From contig CAZSGP010000004.1 of the NCBI GenBank assembly GCA_964606485.1, positions 17,030 through 81,029 of the forward strand: DNA of 64,000 nt, given 5' to 3'. Shown here piece by piece: positions 26,528 to 38,142 of the stretch. The stretch comes from an uncultured Planctomycetia bacterium (GTDB taxonomy: Bacteria; Omnitrophota; Gorgyraeia; 2-02-FULL-51-18). Position 1 is the stretch's first letter. Each line of letters starts with the position of its first letter. A program made the position numbers and the translations under genes. A model generated the notes under the pieces. It did not search any database and was not told the DNA's origin. It was given only the letters and a program-made list of their open reading frames with translations.

Positions 26528-27792
26528 GTGGAGACAGTTCCTTGCTGTTCCATGGTGTGTGGATTAAACCGAAGCGCTCGCAGTTTCGGCGCTTTCCAAG
26601 CGGCTAGTGCGACGACGCCAAGCGTTATCACGCCTCCCACCGCCACGCACGGCACGGTGCCAATGAGCGCCGCGACCATTCCGCTTTCGAATGCGCCCAG
26701 CTCATTCGATGCGCTTAAGAAAATCCAATTGGCTGCCGCCACTCGTCCGCGCATATGGTCGGGTGACAGAAGCCTTATCATCGAGCGCCGGATCACCATG
26801 CTAACCCCGTCAAATACGCCGCTAAAAAATAAAGCCGCCATAGAAAGCCAAAAGTTTTTTGAAAATGCAAAAACAATAATGCTCACGCCAAACCCCGCCA
26901 CCGACCAGAGGAGATTGCGTCCGGCTTTGGCAATCGGCGGCCGATGAGTGGCGATGAGCGTCACGACAAGCGCCCCGGCAGAGGACGCGGCGTTGAGAAG
27001 TCCCAGTCCTTTGGCTCCAACATGCAAAATATCCTCGGCGTAAATGGGTAAGAGTGCCACCGCGCCCCCAAATAAAACCGCAAATAAATCAAGAGATGCG
27101 GCGCCTACGAGCACTTGACTGCCGAACATGAATTTAAGTCCCGCACCAATGCTCTGAAAAATGGGCTCTTTTTTTTCAGGTCGCACAAAGGGTCGGGGCT
27201 TAATCGCAAAGGTGCAAAGCCACGCCAACAAATAAGACCCAGCCGCCAAAAGATAACACGTCACCGGTCCCCACATCGCAAAGATAAATCCGATCAACGC
27301 CGGGCCGCCAATGGCGCAGGTAATCCACGTGCTCGTAATCCACGAGGAGGCATTCACCGTTAAATGTTTGGGGACAACCTGAGCTTCCAGCGCATTTCCG
27401 GCAGGGTCCGCAAAACCACGCGCCACTCCCACCAAAAAAATAACGGCGTAAAGACCAAACAAAGCGCCGGCGTGCTGGCTCAAAGATAGAAGTGCCAGCG
27501 CAAGCGCGCCAAGACAGGAAATCACACGCGTGACGAGCAAAATTTTTCGTCGGTCAAAGTGGTCGGCGACGTAACCTCCGAATAACACTAAAGAAATCGC
27601 CGGGATCGCTTCGACAAGCCCTAGCCAACCGAGGGCCGCTGGACTTTTGGTGAGTTGATAAATTTGATAGCCGATGATGACTAAAACCGAGCGGCTTGCG
27701 AGCGTGTAAAACGCAACCGCAGCTAGAAAAAAACGGATTTCTTTAACTTTTAGCGCGTCGGCAAAATGACGGGTATTGTTGGGGCTTTGCAT
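26524..27792 (-). CDS. MFS transporter
   Basis: 12 predicted TM helices; D-R-x-x-R-R-like motif (DHFDRRKIL). Confidence 0.7.
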   Translation of the reverse strand: MQSPNNTRHFADALKVKEIRFFLAAVAFYTLASRSVLVIIGYQIYQLTKSPAALGWLGLVEAIPAISLVLFGGYVADHFDRRKILLVTRVISCLGALALALLSLSQHAGALFGLYAVIFLVGVARGFADPAGNALEAQVVPKHLTVNASSWITSTWITCAIGGPALIGFIFAMWGPVTCYLLAAGSYLLAWLCTFAIKPRPFVRPEKKEPIFQSIGAGLKFMFGSQVLVGAASLDLFAVLFGGAVALLPIYAEDILHVGAKGLGLLNAASSAGALVVTLIATHRPPIAKAGRNLLWSVAGFGVSIIVFAFSKNFWLSMAALFFSGVFDGVSMVIRRSMIRLLSPDHMRGRVAAANWIFLSASNELGAFESGMVAALIGTVPCVAVGGVITLGVVALAAWKAPKLRALRFNPHTMEQQGTVST

Positions 27793-27826
27793 CCAACGTA
27801 TTGTAGCACTCGTCCTGGCGTTTTGA

Positions 27827-28765
27827 TTAGATCTGCCAGTCCGGAGAATCGCTTGGGGCCTTGCGGCGCTTATCTACAATCACTAAACGGGTTTCTTCAT
27901 ACACCACCAACGAATGAGCCGGCACGCTGTGCATTAAAAAAACATTAGCCCCGATGGTTGAATGTGCGCCGATCACCGTGTCTCCGCCTAAGATGGTCGA
28001 ATTGGGATAAATCGTCACGCCATTTTCAACATCCGGATGACGTTTTCCGCCTTTAACCAGCTGCCCATGTTCATCCTTAGCAAAACTCCGGGCTCCGAGG
28101 GTAACGCCGTGATAAAGTTTCACCCGGTCACCAATGCGGCAAGTTTCTCCGATCACCACACCCGTACCGTGATCAATAAAAAAATATTTACCAATACTTG
28201 CCCCGGGGTGGATATCAATGCCCGTGCGGCTATGCGCCCACTCCGTCATCATGCGGGGAATCAGCGGAGCACCCGCGTCATACAATACGTGCGCCATGCG
28301 CTGAATGGAAATTGCCTCAACACAAGGATACGAAAGAATGATTTCTTCATGCTGGAGGACCGCCGGGTCTCCTTCGTAAGCAGCTTCAATGTCGGTGCGC
28401 AAAATCGAACGAATGTGAGGAATGTCTTCACAAAATTTTTTTAGAATAGGTTTCGTGCGGCCGGTGGGTTTGCTAGGATCACCAATCCGCACCGCTTTTC
28501 GCACTTGGTCTTCTAAGCGCAAGATCACGCTTCTGAAACGCTGTTCGGTAATCTCCGCCAAACTCAGAGAATGAATCGCGTCCTCATCGTGAAAACCCGG
28601 AAAAAGAATTTGGAGCAGATCTTCGCAAATCTGCCCCACCGCGCGCTTGGACGGCATATTTTGCGCGTCACGATGATTAATACTTCCGGCTTTTTGGTAG
28701 GAAGCTAAAAGATCGGAAATATATTCCTGGTAGCCTTTGTCCGGTACATTTTTGGAGTCTGACAA
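27827..28765 (-). CDS. cysE: serine O-acetyltransferase
   Basis: Left-handed beta-helix hexapeptide repeats (IGETCRIGDRVKLYHGVTLG) with the SAT N-terminal domain. Confidence 0.75.
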   Translation of the reverse strand: MSDSKNVPDKGYQEYISDLLASYQKAGSINHRDAQNMPSKRAVGQICEDLLQILFPGFHDEDAIHSLSLAEITEQRFRSVILRLEDQVRKAVRIGDPSKPTGRTKPILKKFCEDIPHIRSILRTDIEAAYEGDPAVLQHEEIILSYPCVEAISIQRMAHVLYDAGAPLIPRMMTEWAHSRTGIDIHPGASIGKYFFIDHGTGVVIGETCRIGDRVKLYHGVTLGARSFAKDEHGQLVKGGKRHPDVENGVTIYPNSTILGGDTVIGAHSTIGANVFLMHSVPAHSLVVYEETRLVIVDKRRKAPSDSPDWQI

Positions 28766-28865
28766 ATTATTTTTGATTCCTTGGCATTTGCATTCACGGT
28801 TCCAGATCTATTTCCTGGGTCTAAAAACACTGTATTACAAATGATAACACGTGGGCCTTGTTTTT

Positions 28866-29807
28866 TTACGCGATGTTTGTTGGTTCTTTAAAAAGCCAAG
28901 TCGAAAGATACCGCTCTCCGGTGTCCGGCAACACCACGACAATCTGCTTTCCTTTATTTTCTTTGCGTTTGGCCACTTCAATCGCCACCCAAAGAGCCGC
29001 ACCGCACGAGATGCCCCCTAAAATCCCTTCTGATTTCGCCAACGCTCTTGCCGTTGCACCTGCATTTTCATCAGTGACCTGTATGATTTCATCGATGATG
29101 CCCGTATTTAAAATCTGCGGCACAAACCCCGCGCCGATGCCTTGAATTTTATGAGGACCCGGTTTGCCGCCCGACAAAACCGGTGACGTCACGGGCTCCA
29201 CGGCAATCGCTTTAAAACCGGGTTTTCTTTTTTTGATCACTTCGGCCACTCCGGTAATCGTCCCGCCCGTGCCTACACCGGAAACCAAGATGTCCACTTT
29301 TCCATCGGTGTCATTCCAAATTTCTTCGGCAGTGGTTTTGCGGTGAATTTCAGGGTTAGCCGGATTGCTAAATTGTTGAAGCAAAACAGCGCCGGAAATT
29401 TCCTTTGAAAGCTCCTCCGCTCGCTTGACCGCCCCGCGCATGCCGTCAGTGCCGGGTGTGAGCACAAGCTCGGCTCCAAAAATCTGTAAGAGCTGCCGGC
29501 GTTCCATGCTCATTGTTTCCGGCATGGTTAAAATAAGCCGGTAATGCTTCGCCGCTGCCACAAAGGCCAGTGCAATGCCAGTATTTCCGCTCGTGGGTTC
29601 AATAATGATCGAATCTTTTTTAAGCAGACCTTTTTTTTCTGCGTCCTCAATCATCGCAAAACCAATGCGGTCTTTGACGCTAGAGAGCGGATTAAAACTT
29701 TCTAGCTTTAAGAGCACTTGCGCCTCAAGCCCTTGACCCAATTGATTCAGCCGCACGAGCGGCGTACGACCGATCGTCTTTGTAATGTCTTCAAAAATAT
29801 GTGCCAT
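28866..29807 (-). CDS. cysK: cysteine synthase A (O-acetylserine sulfhydrylase)
   Basis: SVKDRIG PLP-lysine motif; GTGGT loop. Confidence 0.85.
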   Translation of the reverse strand: MAHIFEDITKTIGRTPLVRLNQLGQGLEAQVLLKLESFNPLSSVKDRIGFAMIEDAEKKGLLKKDSIIIEPTSGNTGIALAFVAAAKHYRLILTMPETMSMERRQLLQIFGAELVLTPGTDGMRGAVKRAEELSKEISGAVLLQQFSNPANPEIHRKTTAEEIWNDTDGKVDILVSGVGTGGTITGVAEVIKKRKPGFKAIAVEPVTSPVLSGGKPGPHKIQGIGAGFVPQILNTGIIDEIIQVTDENAGATARALAKSEGILGGISCGAALWVAIEVAKRKENKGKQIVVVLPDTGERYLSTWLFKEPTNIA

Positions 29808-29822
29808 ATAAATTCTCCTTTT

Positions 29823-30929
29823 TTAAATTCCGCCGCCCGGCCCCACAAAACCGATCAGATCAAAATTATTTTGATCTCCCGCATTCAAACGTATTTCTTT
29901 CGGGGTTAAAAAAATCTGTTCGTCTTTCTTTAAATTTAAATTTTTGTATTCCGACTGACTCAGCTCCACCTGAACCAAATCTTTCCATGGAGTGGAGCAT
30001 TCAAGCTTCACGACAGATCCAGCTAGATTAATATACCGGAGATCTGCTTTAAACGAATTACTTCCGGTGGGATCATGCGTCACGATAAATTCATGTGGCC
30101 TTACGTAAAAGGTCGCTGTTTTTCCGTTTGCATTTTCTTTTTTAGAAAATTGGTGAGCCAAGTTTCCCGCGAAAGGCTTTCCTTCCTCAATCCGTGTGTG
30201 AAATAAATTCACATTCCCAAGAAAGTTCAAGACGAACGCATTCACCGGCCGGTGATACACCTCGTCCGGTGTCCCGACCTGCTCAATTTTTCCTTCATTC
30301 ATCACCACCACGCGATCGGCGACTTCCAGCGCCTCTTCCTGATCGTGTGTCACAAAAATACTCGTGATGTGCAGATCGTCGTGAAAACGCCTGAGCCATA
30401 GCCGCAATTCTCTGCGGACTTTTGCGTCGAGCGATCCAAACGGCTCATCGAGAAGCAGCACTTTTGGCTCGACGGCGAGCGCCCGTGCAAGCGCAATGCG
30501 CTGCCGCTGGCCGCCGGACAATTGTGACGGGTAACGCTCCGCCACCCAGTCGAGCTGCACGAGTTTCAAGAGCTCATGAACTTTTTGCTTAATTTTTTCG
30601 TCAGAAGGACGCGCGGCTTTCGGTTTCACGCGCAGTCCGAACGCGATGTTTTCAAACACCGTCATGTGGCGGAAAAGCGCATAGTGTTGAAACACAAATC
30701 CCACTTGGCGGTCTTTGGCGCCTTGGTCTTGGGCATCTTTTCCATGGAAAAAAAGTTCCCCGCTGCTCGCTGTTTCAAGCCCTGCGATGATGCGGAGCAG
30801 CGTCGTCTTCCCTGATCCCGACGGCCCAAGAAGTGCCACCAGTTCTCCGGTTTCTACTTTTAAATCAATTCCCTTAAGCGCTGAAAAGCTACCGAAATTT
30901 TTTGAGATTTTTTTGACTTCAATGCTCAT
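29823..30929 (-). CDS. cysA: sulfate/thiosulfate ABC transporter ATP-binding protein
   Basis: Walker [18 protein letters not shown] signature, Walker B LLLDEP, C-terminal TOBE-like domain. Confidence 0.8.
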   Translation of the reverse strand: MSIEVKKISKNFGSFSALKGIDLKVETGELVALLGPSGSGKTTLLRIIAGLETASSGELFFHGKDAQDQGAKDRQVGFVFQHYALFRHMTVFENIAFGLRVKPKAARPSDEKIKQKVHELLKLVQLDWVAERYPSQLSGGQRQRIALARALAVEPKVLLLDEPFGSLDAKVRRELRLWLRRFHDDLHITSIFVTHDQEEALEVADRVVVMNEGKIEQVGTPDEVYHRPVNAFVLNFLGNVNLFHTRIEEGKPFAGNLAHQFSKKENANGKTATFYVRPHEFIVTHDPTGSNSFKADLRYINLAGSVVKLECSTPWKDLVQVELSQSEYKNLNLKKDEQIFLTPKEIRLNAGDQNNFDLIGFVGPGGGI

Positions 30930-31768
30930 ATTGCCGCCGATTCCTTTTCTGCGCGAAATTTTAATTCCACTATTTTTTTAATAAACAATGTCGCAAGCGC
31001 CAACCCCACAAAAAGAGAGGAGACCGCAAATGCCGCCGTAAAATTGTATTCGTTGTACAAGATTTCAATGTGAAGCGGCAGGGTGTTGGTGAATCCCCTT
31101 ATGTGCCCTGACACCACGGACACCGCTCCAAACTCACCCATCGCTCTGGCATTGCATAGAATCACGCCGTAGAGCAGACCCCATTTGATATTGGGAAGTG
31201 TCACGCGCCAGAACATTTGAAAGCCGCTTGCTCCTAGTGTTATCGCCGCTTCTTCTTCATCGCTTCCTTGGGCTTTCATCACGGGAATCAGTTCTTTTGC
31301 CACAAATGGAAACGTCACAAAGATGGTCGCAAGGATGATCGCGGGCGGCGCAAAAAGAATTTTAATCCCATGACTCAAAAGCCAGGCGCCGAGCACGCTT
31401 TGCGCGCCAAAAAGCAGCACATAAATCATTCCCGAAATCACCGGCGACACTGTGAGCGGCAATTCGATCAAGGTGAGCAAAAAATTCTTTCCCTTAAAAT
31501 CAAATTTCGCAATCGCCCAGGAGGCGGCGACTCCAAAAATGAGATTCAGCGGCACGGCCACGAGTGCGGTGATCAGTGTCAGCTTGAGAGCGGACCACGC
31601 CACAGGTGTCGTAAAAGACTGCCCGTAAAAGAAAATTCCTTTCTTAAAAGCATTAAAGAGGATGCACGCGATGGGGACAAATAAAAATAGCGTTAAAAAT
31701 GAAAGTGCCGTCAGAGTCAGGATAGCTCTTATCCAAAAAGGTTCCGTTTTTCTGGAAATCGGTTTCAC
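30926..31768 (-). CDS. cysW: sulfate ABC transporter permease
   Basis: ABC permease with EAA-like loop, in the operon with cysA. Confidence 0.75.
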   Translation of the reverse strand: MKPISRKTEPFWIRAILTLTALSFLTLFLFVPIACILFNAFKKGIFFYGQSFTTPVAWSALKLTLITALVAVPLNLIFGVAASWAIAKFDFKGKNFLLTLIELPLTVSPVISGMIYVLLFGAQSVLGAWLLSHGIKILFAPPAIILATIFVTFPFVAKELIPVMKAQGSDEEEAAITLGASGFQMFWRVTLPNIKWGLLYGVILCNARAMGEFGAVSVVSGHIRGFTNTLPLHIEILYNEYNFTAAFAVSSLFVGLALATLFIKKIVELKFRAEKESAAI

Positions 31769-32604
31769 GAAAAGCGCTCCGCTTTTTCAAAATTAATTTT
31801 TTGCAGATAATTGATGAGTAAAAATAACGCAAAAGAGACAAGAAGCATCACGAGCGCAATCGCCGTCGCTCCCGCATAATCGTATTGTTCAAGTTTTGTC
31901 ATGATGAGAAGTGGCGCAATCTCCGTTTTCATCGGCATATTGCCGGCAATAAAAACCACCGAGCCATATTCGCCGATCGCGCGGGCAAATGCCATGGCAA
32001 AACCCGTCACAATGGCGGGAACGAGCACCGGAAAAAGAACTCGGGTAAAGATATTCCACCGGTCTGCGCCAAGACTCGCCGCGGCTTCTTCGAGTGCCGG
32101 GTCCAAGTCTTCCAAAACCGGCCCGACCGTACGCACCACAAACGGAAGCCCGATGAAAATGAGCGCTAGCGTAATGCCAAGTTCGCTGTAAGCGGCTTTG
32201 ATGTGAAAGGGCGCCAAGTACTGGCCAACCCAACCGTTGGAGTGAAAAATAGCCGCAAGCGCAATACCCGAAACAGCGGTCGGAAGCGCAAATGGCAAGT
32301 CAATCAGCGCGTCCACCACCGACTTTCCGGGAAAGGTGTAGCGCGTCAAAACCCACGCCACCAAAAAACCAAAAAAAGCGTTCACGAGTGCTGCGACAAA
32401 CGCCGCACCGAAACTGAGTCGGTACGCCGCCAGTGTTCTAGGAGACAAAATCGTCTCCCAGAACACCGACCAGCTTAGCGTTGCCGTTCTAAAAAAGAGA
32501 GTCCCTAAAGGAATAAGAACGATGAGACACAAATAAAAAACCGTGTAACCCACCGACAACCGAAACCCCGGAAGCGTTCTTTTCTTTTTCGAGACGGAAG
32601 GCAT
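31765..32604 (-). CDS. cysT: sulfate ABC transporter permease
   Basis: ABC permease paralog of cysW. Confidence 0.75.
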   Translation of the reverse strand: MPSVSKKKRTLPGFRLSVGYTVFYLCLIVLIPLGTLFFRTATLSWSVFWETILSPRTLAAYRLSFGAAFVAALVNAFFGFLVAWVLTRYTFPGKSVVDALIDLPFALPTAVSGIALAAIFHSNGWVGQYLAPFHIKAAYSELGITLALIFIGLPFVVRTVGPVLEDLDPALEEAAASLGADRWNIFTRVLFPVLVPAIVTGFAMAFARAIGEYGSVVFIAGNMPMKTEIAPLLIMTKLEQYDYAGATAIALVMLLVSFALFLLINYLQKINFEKAERFS

Positions 32605-32612
32605 GGGTCAAG

Positions 32613-33626
32613 TTAGCTCTGGTAAATCTTGTCAAAAATGCCTTTGTCCGCAAAATGTTTTTTCTGCGCTTTTTGCCATCCGCCAAACACTTCGTCGATG
32701 GTAAAAAGGCTGACATTTTGAAACTGGCTTGCATACTTCGCAGCAATCGCTTCATTGCGAGGACGATAATAGTGCTTCGCCGCAATTTCCTGGCCCTCAT
32801 CCGAATACAGATACTTCAAATATTCCTCTGCAATCGCTTTGGTGCCATGACGAGCGGCCACTTTATCCACCACCGTCACCGGCGGCTCGGCCAAGATGCT
32901 GACACTCGGGGTCACGATTTCGTATTTTCCTTTACCGATATCATTGACCACCAAATACGCCTCGTTCTCCCAAGAAATGGCTACGTCCCCGATTTCGCGC
33001 TCCACAAATGTCGTAGTGGATCCGCGCGCTCCTGAGTCGAGCACCGGCACGTTCTTAAAAATAGCTTTTAAGAATTCTTGGGCTTTAGCTTCGTCGTTAT
33101 TCCATTTCTTCAGCGCATAACCCCAGGCGGCCAGATAATTCCACCGCGCGCCACCCGATGTTTTAGGATTTGGGGTAATCACGGACACACCGGGCTTCGC
33201 CAAATCATCCCAATCGTGAATATTTTTGGGATTTCCTTTGCGCACCAGAAACACAATCGTCGACGTGTAAGGCGCGCTGTTATTGGGAAGCCGCGTCTGC
33301 CAATTCTTTGGAATGAGATTTCCTTTTTCGAAAAGCGCGTCGATATCGTACGACAAAGCCAACGTCACCACGTCCGCGTCCAGTCCATCAATCACCGCCC
33401 GCCCTTGTTTGCCGCTTCCACCATGCGATTGGTTGATCGTCACGGTCTCGCCAGTTTTTTCTTTCCAATGTTTCGCAAACGCTTGATTGTAATCATCGTA
33501 CAGCTCGCGCGTCGGGTCGTATGACACGTTCAGCAACGTCACTTCTTTTGCGGCAAAAGCTGCCGTTGAAATTCCTACGGCAAAGATCAAACTAGCCGCA
33601 ACCGTAAACCAGTATTTAAATTTCAT
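32613..33626 (-). CDS. sbp: sulfate ABC transporter substrate-binding protein
   Basis: Signal peptide from the internal Met ([25 protein letters not shown]); Sbp/CysP-like body. Confidence 0.75.
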   Translation of the reverse strand: MKFKYWFTVAASLIFAVGISTAAFAAKEVTLLNVSYDPTRELYDDYNQAFAKHWKEKTGETVTINQSHGGSGKQGRAVIDGLDADVVTLALSYDIDALFEKGNLIPKNWQTRLPNNSAPYTSTIVFLVRKGNPKNIHDWDDLAKPGVSVITPNPKTSGGARWNYLAAWGYALKKWNNDEAKAQEFLKAIFKNVPVLDSGARGSTTTFVEREIGDVAISWENEAYLVVNDIGKGKYEIVTPSVSILAEPPVTVVDKVAARHGTKAIAEEYLKYLYSDEGQEIAAKHYYRPRNEAIAAKYASQFQNVSLFTIDEVFGGWQKAQKKHFADKGIFDKIYQS

Positions 33627-33654
33627 CTTCTTCTCCTCAAATTTTTTAAATTTC

Positions 33655-35028
33655 TTAAAATACGATCTGAAAGCGGCTCCAGATTGTGTTTTCGCTCGGA
33701 CGGTCATCTGCAGTACCGTTCAAAAACCCACCGCCGTCAAAGTTTGTTCGCTCGTAGTCCAGTAGCCATCGAAAATTCTTATTGAGATACCAATTAAGGC
33801 CCAAGCCCCAGGCGCGCGCCCGTGAAACCGACGAACTTGGAGTGGCAAATCCCAATTCAAAAATCGTATTATCGATATCCAGTTCGCCGAAACGGGCTGC
33901 TATTTCAAACGCACCCCAGGTGTGATCGGTTAAACTGAAAGGATGTCTCGGATTAACTCCTTTATAAGTCGCATCCTCACCCGTCAGCACATATGAGCCT
34001 GCAATCTGCCAGGCATCATTTTCAAATTTTTCTCTGACGATTTGGCCTCCCGTCGTTCTCAACGCCTCTTCACTCGAGGTGATGTATTCATAGAGCAAAC
34101 CGAAAGAGTTCCAGGAATAATATATCTGCGGAGACAAACGGGAATTAGGTCCGTCTGCCGTTACCGTCGAGCCGTACGAAAAAATGGCTGTTTGTCCGGG
34201 CGAGCGGTACGTCGGCAAAGATCCCGTCGAGCCTTCCTTGTGACCATAGGTTGTGGCAATACCCACGCCCAAACCTTTCAGCGGCGCTAAATCCGTGTCT
34301 TTTAATGGCCATGCAAAAACACGGGCGGCGATGTCCTTATCCTGATTGCTATCGGTAATGCTGGTGCCTAAGTCTTCCACACCGTTAAAAGCACCGACCG
34401 CATAAGTCAACTTTCCGTCCCACAAATCGCCGAATACCTGAACACCGACATCCCGATTGGGCGCCAAATTACTCGGAAGTCCCAATTCTGCGAAAGTCAA
34501 AACAGTGGTGGATTGTAAACGTTCAAACCCAAACGGTTCTTTGAATTTTCCAGCCCTAATTTTAAATTCGGGCCAGTAGTGAACATCGATATAGGCGTCG
34601 GGCAAGTTCACCGCAGTCCCAGCAAACTCTGGACTAATGTAGAAGTCGTAGTCCTTATTGACAGTGCCTTGAGCCGTCAAACGCACGGATCTCGCCTGAA
34701 AAGTGTCTGTCGTTCCCAGATCCTTTTTGTTATCGGTATAGAACTTACCTTCGGCCTGAGCGTATCCCGTAATTTTAAGTTTAAAATTATCATCGGGTGA
34801 CTTGATGCTAAAACCGTCTTTTGCGCTCGCTGTCACGATCGGCGTTTCGGTCTTCTTTTTATCTTCATCCTCTTTTTTGACTTCCAACTGACGCTTTAGA
34901 AGTTTGACTTCATTCTCTAGCGCATCGAGACGCGCGAGAAGTGCCGCGTCATCCGCCAAAGCAAGCGACGGCGAAAAAGTACTCACCGCCAAAAAAACTA
35001 ACAACACCAGCGAACCTAACTTCCTCAT
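33655..35028 (-). CDS. phosphate-selective porin O/P family porin (likely anion/sulfate-specific)
   Basis: Signal peptide, N-terminal coiled coil, beta-barrel with C-terminal RFQIVF. Confidence 0.65.
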   Translation of the reverse strand: MRKLGSLVLLVFLAVSTFSPSLALADDAALLARLDALENEVKLLKRQLEVKKEDEDKKKTETPIVTASAKDGFSIKSPDDNFKLKITGYAQAEGKFYTDNKKDLGTTDTFQARSVRLTAQGTVNKDYDFYISPEFAGTAVNLPDAYIDVHYWPEFKIRAGKFKEPFGFERLQSTTVLTFAELGLPSNLAPNRDVGVQVFGDLWDGKLTYAVGAFNGVEDLGTSITDSNQDKDIAARVFAWPLKDTDLAPLKGLGVGIATTYGHKEGSTGSLPTYRSPGQTAIFSYGSTVTADGPNSRLSPQIYYSWNSFGLLYEYITSSEEALRTTGGQIVREKFENDAWQIAGSYVLTGEDATYKGVNPRHPFSLTDHTWGAFEIAARFGELDIDNTIFELGFATPSSSVSRARAWGLGLNWYLNKNFRWLLDYERTNFDGGGFLNGTADDRPSENTIWSRFQIVF

Positions 35029-35048
35029 TTCCTTCTCCTTTTATACGT

Positions 35049-35207
35049 TCAAACTTCCGGTTGTCCGGTCAGCGGGTTATTGTGAATTCGAATTTTTTCT
35101 TTGCGCTCAATCTGAACAATTTTCGAATCGTGCACGACTATTTCGATTGATCCGAAGCGAATCGATTCAATTGCTTTTTGTATCTCCTTCAAAATGGATT
35201 CGCTCAT
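35049..35207 (-). CDS. YezD/DUF2292 family small protein (52 aa), absent from the ORF track
   Basis: MSESILKEIQKAIESIRFGSIEIVVHDSKIVQIERKEKIRIHNNPLTGQPEV. ATGA overlap with the Rrf2 stop; RBS before the downstream porin gene. Confidence 0.55.
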   Translation of the reverse strand: MSESILKEIQKAIESIRFGSIEIVVHDSKIVQIERKEKIRIHNNPLTGQPEV

Positions 35208-35665
35208 ATGAAATAGGCCAAATTTTTACTCGACTTAATTTTCTTTTCGACCCCCACGACTTTCGCAAGGCTGGTATTGTCTAAAATAGCGGCGGTTGAA
35301 TCTCGAACCTCTTTAAACAACACACGAGTTCCACAAGTCTCAGGATCTTTGCACTCCGCGCAGGGCTTGAAGGCTGTTTGACTAGCGCAGGGCAATAGCG
35401 CCAGTGGTCCTTCTAGGATACGAATAACTGCCCCAAAACTAATTTCGCTCGCTGGCTTGGCTAAAAAATAGCCCCCACCCTTTCCCTTTTTACTCTGAAG
35501 CACCCCATGGTTTTTGAGCTCCAAAAGAATTGCTTCCAGGAATTTTTGGGGCATATTGCCGCGCTTCGCCAGATCCGAAATAAGCACCGGAGTCTTCCGG
35601 GTCTTTTCGTCCTGGGCTAGCAGCGTCAGCGCCTTTAATGCATATCGTGTTTTCTGTGAAATCAT
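35204..35665 (-). CDS. Rrf2 family transcriptional regulator (CymR/IscR-like)
   Basis: N-terminal wHTH TRYALKALTLLA...ISDLA and a Cys cluster CASQTAFKPCAECKDPETC. Confidence 0.8.
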   Translation of the reverse strand: MISQKTRYALKALTLLAQDEKTRKTPVLISDLAKRGNMPQKFLEAILLELKNHGVLQSKKGKGGGYFLAKPASEISFGAVIRILEGPLALLPCASQTAFKPCAECKDPETCGTRVLFKEVRDSTAAILDNTSLAKVVGVEKKIKSSKNLAYFI

Positions 35666-35692
35666 AATCTATAAACTCTATAGGATTGGTAG

Positions 35693-35720
35693 AGTATACA
35701 AGATAAGCTCAATTTGTCAA
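35693..35720 (-). promoter_or_regulatory. sigma70-like promoter for the Rrf2 operon (TTGACA-16-TATACT)
   Basis: Read on the minus strand; followed by a short dyad (ctcta/tagag) before the start codon. Confidence 0.4.
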
Positions 35721-35739
35721 ATATTTATTTTTGAGTAGA

Positions 35740-38118
35740 TTAGCTACTGCAGGAAACGCACTCGTCTTTGTTGTTGAGTGCGCAGGAGATGTCTGACATC
35801 TTCTGGTCTTTGGTGGCAGCGCTGTTATTGATCGCGTCCATCAGCACCCGCTCTTCATGTTCGACGGTAAACTTGATCGCGTCGACAGCGGATTTGGTCC
35901 GCAGATAATACATCCCCGTTTTCAGTCCCCTCTTCCACGAGTGAAAGTGCATGGACGTAAGTTTTGCCGAGTTCGGCTCCTGAACGAAAAGATTCAGCGA
36001 CTGCGACTGGCAAATATAGGCTCCGCGGTCGGCGGCCATATCAATCAACGAGCGCTGTTTGATTTCCCAAACCGTGCGGTAGATTTCTTTGATGTTTTGG
36101 GGAATTTCTTCGATATTTTGAATCGAGCCATTGCTCGAAATAATTTTTTCTTTAATTTTATTGTTCCAGATGCCGAGATCCACTAAGTCCTTGAGCAAGT
36201 ATTTATTCACCACGATGAACTCCCCTGACAACACGCGGCGATTGTAAATATTGGAAGTGTAGGGCTCGATGCATTCATTGTTTCCTAAAATCTGAGAGGT
36301 AGAAGCCGTTGGCATGGGCGCTACTAGAAGCGAATTTCTTAAACCCGTTTTCTTGATCTCTTCTTTTAAAGAAGCCCAGTCCCAACGCGCGGTCGGAACA
36401 ACTTCATCCCACATATCAAACTGCAGAATGCCCTGAGAAGTTGGGGATCCCGCAAAGGTTTCATACGACCCTTGTGTCTTTGCCATTTCGTTTGAGGCCG
36501 TGAGTGCCGCAAAATAAATCGTCTCAAAAATTTCCTTGTTCAGTTGACGTGCAGGTTCACTGTCAAACGGCATGCGAAGCAAAATGAACACATCGGCTAG
36601 TCCCTGCACACCAATCCCAATCGGGCGGTGGCGCATATTGGAGCGCTTGGCTTCCTCGACGGGGTAGTAATTCACATCGATGACTTTATTCAAATTCTTC
36701 GTCGCGGCTTTTGTGACTTCAAAAAGACGGTTGTGGTTAAACTCACCGTCTATCACAAATCGCGGCAAAGCGATCGAAGCCAAATTGCAAACGGCCACTT
36801 CGTCGGGCGACGTGTACTCCATGATCTCGGTGCAAAGATTGGAGCTTTTGATCGTCCCAAGATTTTTTTGGTTGGATTTGCGGTTCGCGGCATCCTTAAA
36901 TAGAATGTACGGCGTACCGGTTTCAATTTGCGACTCTAAAATCGCAAACCAAAGATCCTGGGCTTTCACAACTTTGCGGGCACGGCCTTCGGATTCATAA
37001 CGTGCGTAGAGTGCTTCGAACTCTTCGCCGTAAGTTTCGGCAAGATTCTTCGCCTCATTCGGACAAAAAAGCGACCACTCCCCGTTCTGCTCGACTCGTT
37101 TCATGAAAAGATCAGGGATCCACAGCGCGTAAAACAAATCGCGCGCCTTCATTTCTTCTTTGCCGTGGTTTTTCCGCAGTTCCAAAAATTCAAAAATATC
37201 CGCGTGCCAGGGCTCTAGATAAATCGCAAAAGCCCCTTTTCGCTTGCCGCCGCCCTGGTCTACGTAACGCGCGGTGTCGTTAAATACGCGCAACATGGGA
37301 ACAATACCGTTTGAAACTCCATTCGAGCCGCGAATATAAGAACCGGTCGCGCGAATATTGTGAATGCTAAGTCCAATGCCGCCGGCCGACTGTGAAATCT
37401 TGGCGCACTGTTTCAAGGTGTCATAAATACCGTCAATGCTATCGTCTTTCATTTGCAGTAGGAAACAGCTCGAAAGCTGAGGCTTTGGCGTTCCGGCATT
37501 AAAGAGCGTCGGGGTCGCGTGAATGTACCAGCGCTCCGACATTAAGTTGTAGGTTTCGATGGCTGCGTCAATATTGTCTTTATGAATTCCCACCGCCACA
37601 CGCATCAGCATGTGTTGGGGGCGCTCCACCACTTTGTTGTTTAATTTTAAAAGGTATCCGCGCTCGAGTGTTTTAAATCCAAAATAATCAAAATCAAAAT
37701 CGCGGTCGTAAATAATAGTCGAGTCTAAAATTTCTGCATTTTTTTCGATCACCTGATAAACGTCTTTTGAAATGAGCGGCGCTTTTTGCCCATTCGCGGG
37801 GTTCACATACTTGTACAAATCACGCATGGTTTCAGAGAATGATTTTTTGGTGTTCTTGTGGAGATTCGATACCGCGATGCGGGAGGCTAAAAGCGCGTAG
37901 TCGGGGTGCTTGGTCGTAAGCGACGCTGCAATCTCAGCCGCAAGACTATCCAGTTCAGATGTGGTGACACCGTCATAAATACCTTGAATGACTTTTTTGG
38001 CGACGTCCGCGGGGTCAACGTGTTTGGGATCTAAGCTATAACAAAGCCGCTCAATGCGAGACGTTACCTTGTCGAATTTAACCGATTCGCGACGACCGTC
38101 CCGTTTGACAACATACAT
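35740..38118 (-). CDS. nrdA: ribonucleoside-diphosphate reductase alpha subunit (class Ia)
   Basis: ATP-cone N-terminus, catalytic Cys/Asn/Glu region (NLCTEI), C-terminal CxxC tail. Confidence 0.9.
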   Translation of the reverse strand: MYVVKRDGRRESVKFDKVTSRIERLCYSLDPKHVDPADVAKKVIQGIYDGVTTSELDSLAAEIAASLTTKHPDYALLASRIAVSNLHKNTKKSFSETMRDLYKYVNPANGQKAPLISKDVYQVIEKNAEILDSTIIYDRDFDFDYFGFKTLERGYLLKLNNKVVERPQHMLMRVAVGIHKDNIDAAIETYNLMSERWYIHATPTLFNAGTPKPQLSSCFLLQMKDDSIDGIYDTLKQCAKISQSAGGIGLSIHNIRATGSYIRGSNGVSNGIVPMLRVFNDTARYVDQGGGKRKGAFAIYLEPWHADIFEFLELRKNHGKEEMKARDLFYALWIPDLFMKRVEQNGEWSLFCPNEAKNLAETYGEEFEALYARYESEGRARKVVKAQDLWFAILESQIETGTPYILFKDAANRKSNQKNLGTIKSSNLCTEIMEYTSPDEVAVCNLASIALPRFVIDGEFNHNRLFEVTKAATKNLNKVIDVNYYPVEEAKRSNMRHRPIGIGVQGLADVFILLRMPFDSEPARQLNKEIFETIYFAALTASNEMAKTQGSYETFAGSPTSQGILQFDMWDEVVPTARWDWASLKEEIKKTGLRNSLLVAPMPTASTSQILGNNECIEPYTSNIYNRRVLSGEFIVVNKYLLKDLVDLGIWNNKIKEKIISSNGSIQNIEEIPQNIKEIYRTVWEIKQRSLIDMAADRGAYICQSQSLNLFVQEPNSAKLTSMHFHSWKRGLKTGMYYLRTKSAVDAIKFTVEHEERVLMDAINNSAATKDQKMSDISCALNNKDECVSCSS

Positions 38119-38142
38119 GCAGGTATTCTCCTTTAGTGAAAA

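Noticed and set aside
31268-32478. Several basic or His-rich plus-strand ORFs antisense to cysW and cysT
   Set aside because: The permease genes on the minus strand are well supported. The antisense frames are Arg/His-rich low-complexity translations typical of the reverse strand of membrane-protein genes.
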